Source: a phage
Sequence record: PZ026127.1
Strand: one strand, 5' to 3'
DNA: 64,000 nucleotides
Shown here: one piece after another, positions 58,370 to 64,000 of the stretch
Layout of the letters: each line of letters opens with the position of its first letter
How positions within the stretch are numbered: the first letter of the stretch is position 1
The notes under the pieces: model-generated
What the model saw: only the letters and a program-made list of their open reading frames with translations
Databases searched by the model: none
Told to the model about the DNA's origin: nothing
Translations under genes and position numbers: made by a program

Positions 58370-58783
58370 ATGAAAGAAATCGCAGACGAATTTAGCTTTA
58401 TCAAGTACGTCACCCTAGAACTCCAAGATGACGCCAGCATTGCTCCACTCACAGTACCAAATAAACAAAATGTCATATATGCTATAGCGGTTGATGATAT
58501 ACTAGTCTACATCGGGAAGACTAAAAATCTTCGTAAGCGCATCAACTACTACCGAACCGCTATTAATCGTAAGGACCAAACGTCAGATTCGACCAAGTCC
58601 ATTCTGATTCATGAAGCATTAATGGCAGGTAAAAAGGTAGAGTTCTATGCACGGCAGTGCTTTAATCTGTCGATGACTAACGAACTTGGAACTATGTCAG
58701 TTGAGACCATGTCTCTTGAAGAGCCAATGTTCATAAAGAAATTTAATCCACCTTGGAATACCCAACATAGGATAAAGCAATGA
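58370..58783 (+). CDS. denA: endonuclease II (GIY-YIG nuclease)
   Basis: 137 aa; VIYAIAVDDILVYIGKTKNLRKRINYY core, close to T4 DenA. Confidence 0.9.
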   Translation: MKEIADEFSFIKYVTLELQDDASIAPLTVPNKQNVIYAIAVDDILVYIGKTKNLRKRINYYRTAINRKDQTSDSTKSILIHEALMAGKKVEFYARQCFNLSMTNELGTMSVETMSLEEPMFIKKFNPPWNTQHRIKQ

Positions 58784-59928
58784 TTGAATTATATGATAAC
58801 TTGATGGCCCTGGTTAAAAACTCGACTAAATCTAAGTTCTTCTTTAAAGACTTTCAGAGTGCGCTAGGAGTCAACTATCGCATCTTTAGTTATAACTATG
58901 CATCGTACAGTGATTGGTTGGAAGACGGCGCACTAGAGTGCCGAGGCATTATGTTTGAAATGGACGAGAACGGTCCAGTACGTATTGCTGCTCGTCCTAT
59001 GCAAAAGTTCTTTAACCTTGACGAAAACCCTCTGACCATCGGTCTAGATTTGTCACCAGAAAATATTGACCTCGTAATGGCTAAGGAAGATGGTTCTCTG
59101 ATTTCTACATTCATGGACCGACAGTATCTTTCTGTTAAATCTAAAGGCTCTATCCATTCATCAATGGTGCATGATTCTTTACGGTTCCTTCGTCTCCCTG
59201 AGAACGAGGCTTTTGCCGCACGTCTAGAAGAAATCACCAAAGCTGGGTATACCTGCAACCTTGAATATGTTGCACCTACCAACCGTATCGTGCTGGCTTA
59301 CCAAGAAACAAATCTCATCCTGTTGAACGTTCGTAATAATGAAACCGGTGAATATATTCCATATGCGGAATTGTTTAAGGACGGCGCACTGCGTAAGCAT
59401 TTGGTTGAAAGCTATGAGCTCGCTGAGGGCGATTTCGTAGAAAACATCCGTAAGCAGGAAGGCATTGAAGGTTTCATCTTTGTACTGAAAGATGGTACGT
59501 TCTTTAAACTCAAAACCGCCTGGTACAGTGCACTGCATCATACCAAAGATTCCATTAACAACAACGAACGTTTGTTTGAAGTTGTAGTGGCTGGTGGAAC
59601 TGATGACCTTCGTGGTCTGTTCAGTACAGATTCCTTTGCTATCGAGAAAATCGATGCCTTTGAACGCATCCATTTAGATTACCTAGAACAATCATTAGCC
59701 TTGTTAGAAGCAGCTTACTCTCAACTCAAAGGTCGCGACCGTAAAGACTATGCCGTTACTGGACAGCTAATCCTTAAGGACTTCCCAGGGTTGTTCTCTA
59801 TTCTTATGCAGGCGTACGTAGGCGGTATTAATTATGATACGGTCATGGACCAGATTAACTCTGTGTTCTTGAAAAATCATAAGGCCCAAATCCCTGAAAA
59901 ATATTTGAAAGAAATTGTGGTAGAGTAG
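58780..59928 (+). CDS. rnlA: RNA ligase 1
   Basis: 382 aa; YRIFSYNYASYSDW and ECRGIMFE motifs match T4 Rnl1 (gene 63). Confidence 0.9.
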   Translation: MIELYDNLMALVKNSTKSKFFFKDFQSALGVNYRIFSYNYASYSDWLEDGALECRGIMFEMDENGPVRIAARPMQKFFNLDENPLTIGLDLSPENIDLVMAKEDGSLISTFMDRQYLSVKSKGSIHSSMVHDSLRFLRLPENEAFAARLEEITKAGYTCNLEYVAPTNRIVLAYQETNLILLNVRNNETGEYIPYAELFKDGALRKHLVESYELAEGDFVENIRKQEGIEGFIFVLKDGTFFKLKTAWYSALHHTKDSINNNERLFEVVVAGGTDDLRGLFSTDSFAIEKIDAFERIHLDYLEQSLALLEAAYSQLKGRDRKDYAVTGQLILKDFPGLFSILMQAYVGGINYDTVMDQINSVFLKNHKAQIPEKYLKEIVVE

Positions 59929-59956
59929 TTTACATCTCCTCATGACGTGTTAGTAT
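59928..59956 (+). promoter_or_regulatory. early promoter with TCTCCTCAT / ATGAGGAGA inverted repeat
   Basis: GTTTAC, GTTAGTAT -10-like; spacer sequence pairs with the RBS. Confidence 0.5.
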
Positions 59957-59986
59957 AGACTTACCAACTAATGAGGAGAAAACAAA

Positions 59987-60487
59987 ATGAATATGCAAAT
60001 GATTACTAACGAAATGGTTGTTAAGGCTTTTGGTGACTCTACTGACGGCATCCAAGTTTTTAAAGGTTCTCGTGCAGTAGGTTACCTGACCGATCTTCGT
60101 GTCACTTTAGCTAAAAATGCTAAAAAGAAAATCAAGCAAAAAGAATACTCTACCCGTTATGCAGAAGAAAAGCGTGAAGCCATGCCGGAAGCTGTTAACT
60201 CTATGGTTGAGTTTCTCCAAAATAACCTTTCCAAGTACGATGCCGAGGTATTCATTAATATTAGCCAACCTAATGTTAAAATCTCAGGCATCACTTTCTA
60301 TTTGATTTGTGACCCATTAAGCGACAAGTTTAATCGCCTTGGCATTTCAAGTCCTTACCATACTGCTGAAGAATTATGTTTTATGTTTGAAACGTATAAA
60401 ATTCAGTGTGAAAATCCTAAAACGGTTCTTATTAATTCCCTGTCACGTGATGACATCATCGAGATTATTACCAAATGTCTAAATTAA
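59987..60487 (+). CDS. alc: Alc-like protein (transcription termination on cytosine DNA)
   Basis: 166 aa in the position and size of T4 alc. Confidence 0.65.
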   Translation: MNMQMITNEMVVKAFGDSTDGIQVFKGSRAVGYLTDLRVTLAKNAKKKIKQKEYSTRYAEEKREAMPEAVNSMVEFLQNNLSKYDAEVFINISQPNVKISGITFYLICDPLSDKFNRLGISSPYHTAEELCFMFETYKIQCENPKTVLINSLSRDDIIEIITKCLN

Positions 60488-60828
60488 GTATTTACCTTTT
60501 AGCTGGAGCCATTGCAGTAGGTGCTTATGGTTTTATTTCGTATCAATCAAGTCGTATTGATACCCTTACTGAAGAACTGAAAACAACCCAGCAAACGGCC
60601 AAACAGAATGCCGAAGCCGTAGATGACCTACGTGGCCAATACTCTGATATTGAATTCCGTACTACTGAAATGAATGCCCGAATGGATAAAATTAAGGTAG
60701 AAAATGAAAAGCTCCGTAAAGATTCGAAGAAGGCGCACGTGGTGGCAAGTAAGCCAGGATTGGTCGAAAAACAAATCAACAAGTCCTTCGATTCCTTTAC
60801 AGAAGACTTCAGGAGCATTACAGAATGA
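60475..60828 (+). CDS. membrane-anchored coiled-coil protein
   Basis: 117 aa; N-terminal TM helix then coiled coil. Confidence 0.5.
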   Translation: MSKLSIYLLAGAIAVGAYGFISYQSSRIDTLTEELKTTQQTAKQNAEAVDDLRGQYSDIEFRTTEMNARMDKIKVENEKLRKDSKKAHVVASKPGLVEKQINKSFDSFTEDFRSITE

Positions 60829-61115
60829 TTAAATTATCTGTGGTAGTATTATCTATTGGCTTGTTAGTTGGATGTGCCCAGGACATCCCTGTAGTGCCTA
60901 AGCAACAACTACATCCTTCATGGCCACAACCTATTGCCAAACATAATGTTAAATGGCAGGTTAAGGTAATCGATGGTAAAGCTTGGGTTGGAATGCCATT
61001 TGAAGATTCCCAAGAACATCGTATTTGGTTGAATGACGTAAAAAGATATGTACAAGACCAGAAATCTATGTTATGTTATTATCGTTCTGGACTAAAAGAG
61101 GAGAAGTGCAAATGA
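60825..61115 (+). CDS. predicted lipoprotein
   Basis: 96 aa; lipobox LLVGC. Confidence 0.5.
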   Translation: MIKLSVVVLSIGLLVGCAQDIPVVPKQQLHPSWPQPIAKHNVKWQVKVIDGKAWVGMPFEDSQEHRIWLNDVKRYVQDQKSMLCYYRSGLKEEKCK

Positions 61116-61282
61116 TTGAAGCGTGTACTGATGGATGGGATATCGTTCGATTCGGTTTTGTCTGCTTTTGTTTTGGAATTCTGATTAGTATATGTATTGG
61201 CGGTCTTTTCGGAAAGTAGTTTACAAACTCATGGGAGCAGAGTATAATGCTCCTACGGATTATAAAAATCGAGGAAATTATT

Positions 61283-61761
61283 ATGACTTTACGTGATAAC
61301 AGTTTTGTGGCTAAGCCTGAATACATTTCAGGCGTTAAATCTCCTGTATTACAAAAGCTCTTAAAATTAGGGTCCTGTGCAAGTACACCAATTGAAAAGA
61401 AGGCAACTTTCGATTTTGCTTGGGCTATGGTAGACGGTATTGATGTAGTAAGACAGGTATCTTTTTATGCTCCAGGGTCTATTGAGCCTTCGCAGATTAT
61501 TAATTTGAATGGAAGTAATTATATTACCGTCCAACAGTGGTATCGTATGATGCGCCCGGTTTGGGAATACCCTGAATTCATTGAAGAGTACAATGAAAAA
61601 GAACGTATTCGCGAGCTAGTAAAAAGTTTTGAATATGCGGCTAAACGCCATGGACAAATGCAATCCGCAGTAACCCTCGGTGATGTTCCTGAAAGTGTTG
61701 CTTACGAATCAGGTAAAACCCTTAAAACTTGCCGTGAAGAACTTTATAAGGAACTTGGTGT

Positions 61762-61765
<4 letters not shown>
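61283..61765 (+). CDS. hypothetical protein
   Basis: 160 aa from ATG 61283 after GAGGAAA; the upstream track ATG lies inside the promoter -10. Confidence 0.5.
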
Positions 61766-62965
<1,200 letters not shown>

Positions 62966-62966
<1 letters not shown>

Positions 62967-63163
62967 TGAATAATATCGAAAAGATTTTTCGTACAATCGA
63001 AGAAATTGAAAAACGTAAATGCTTTTTCTTCGGTGTATGGCCTTTAACTGATGGACGTATTGGCCTGGATGTTATGGACTATAAAGATGAAGACAAGGTC
63101 GATGGTGGTATTTTTAAATCCGCTCCTGAACTCCTTGCCTTCTTGGAAGAACATTATGTATAA
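62966..63163 (+). CDS. hypothetical small protein
   Basis: 65 aa from ATG 62966 overlapping pseT stop. Confidence 0.4.
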
Positions 63164-63371
63164 CAAACACCACGAAGTTGAAGAAGAAGCTTATAAAGAG
63201 CTTCAGAAACTGGTAGGTCAGAATATGTCTCCTACCCTCATTAACTCACTAGCAGCCCTTCGTAATGACCTCAATGAACGTTACAAAGGCGAGTACTATG
63301 TTGAGTTCGTTCCTCTGACTGAAGTCGTTGACCGGTTTATTGTTAACGTGAAGGTCCATACAGTACACTGA
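63156..63371 (+). CDS. hypothetical small protein
   Basis: 71 aa from ATG 63156. Confidence 0.4.
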   Translation: MYNKHHEVEEEAYKELQKLVGQNMSPTLINSLAALRNDLNERYKGEYYVEFVPLTEVVDRFIVNVKVHTVH

Positions 63372-63378
63372 GGTAATT

Positions 63379-63657
63379 ATGTTCCCTACTTATTCTGAAA
63401 TTGTTAAAGTAGTTTTTAGTCAGATTGTATCTGATTACCTATACGAACCCGTCGACACGTCGACTGAACTAAAGGTGCATGGTCGTTTGTCTGCTATTCT
63501 GGAAATCATGTTCCCGGATGCAGTTGATGCAATCACTGTTCAACTCACGCCTGGTGCAGCAATTGCAATTGTCCCATTTAAAATTGATAACCACATTTTG
63601 GCTATTTCATGCAAAATGGACTTCCAGAAACAAACGGTAGTTGTCGAAGCAATTTAA
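63379..63657 (+). CDS. hypothetical protein
   Basis: 92 aa, RBS GAGGTAA. Confidence 0.45.
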   Translation: MFPTYSEIVKVVFSQIVSDYLYEPVDTSTELKVHGRLSAILEIMFPDAVDAITVQLTPGAAIAIVPFKIDNHILAISCKMDFQKQTVVVEAI

Positions 63658-63659
63658 GT

Positions 63660-63699
63660 GTTTACACTATGGTAGGACTGTGGTATAGTAGTCCTACCG
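63660..63699 (+). promoter_or_regulatory. early promoter with inverted repeat flanking -10
   Basis: GTTTAC; GGTAGGACT / AGTCCTACC flank TGGTATAGT. Confidence 0.5.
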
Positions 63700-63720
63700 A
63701 AACAAATGAGGAAATCGAAA

Positions 63721-64000
63721 TGAGCCAGTTCTTTGAAGAGCGTAAGTTTTATAAGTTCGTTGGTGAATACACTAAAAACAAATTCACTAATAACGGTGCT
63801 TATGGCCTCAATACAGCTTTTGCTAAGTATGTGGGTATGAATCCGTTTGAAGTTGAAATTGATTACCATAACGGGAAGCCACGTGTAAGCCGAATTCGTG
63901 TATATGACGAGATGATGTTTGTCGACCCGAGCAAAATGACAGGTAATCCTAATGATGCAAATAGTGTTCTTTTTAATTCATCAGGCTTTTTTAGCCATGA
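63721..64000 (+). CDS. hypothetical protein, 3' end outside window
   Basis: ORF starting at ATG 63721 after GAGGAAA and running to window edge. Confidence 0.45.

Overview
This 64 kb window is a contiguous piece of a T4-like (T-even, Tevenvirinae) myovirus genome. Early and middle genes read left to right on the + strand; the late holin and long-tail-fibre block (t, 38, 37, 36, 35, 34; about 37.7-48.4 kb) is on the - strand. Gene order is collinear with T4 read in reverse: 43 (3' end), imm, [accessory block], 42, [unknown at beta-gt slot], uvsX, 40, 41, small early genes, 61, 56, segF-like, soc, ModA/ModB-like pair, dda, dexA, 39, rIIA, rIIB, denB-like, ndd, 52, motA, asiA | t, 38, 37, 36, 35, 34 | rnh, dsbA, 33, 59, 32, frd, td, nrdA, nrdB, denA, rnlA, alc, pseT. 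It is a close relative but not T4 itself: gene 39 is one uninterrupted 605-aa ORF, td and nrdB are intron-less, gp38 is a glycine-rich T2-type adhesin, and the region around gene 42 differs. The most interesting locus is an accessory block at 1.9-6.6 kb: a lipoprotein, a nucleotidyltransferase fused to a kinase-like domain, a HAD phosphatase and a P-loop kinase sit between imm and gene 42, and an unrecognised 297-aa protein sits where T4 has beta-glucosyltransferase. I interpret this as a candidate pathway that makes an activated donor and attaches it to hydroxymethylcytosine DNA; this is inference from motifs and synteny, not a database result. Other points: a small Arr-like ADP-ribosyltransferase candidate after gene 41, a - strand membrane-protein gene between 61 and 56, about twenty copies of an early-promoter cassette with a conserved downstream CCTATCAAC box and embedded inverted repeats, and many CUUCGG-type hairpins. 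All calls are by eye from the translations and sequence; comparisons to T4 proteins and gene order are from memory, and no searches were run. No tRNA, rRNA, CRISPR array or integrase was recognised.
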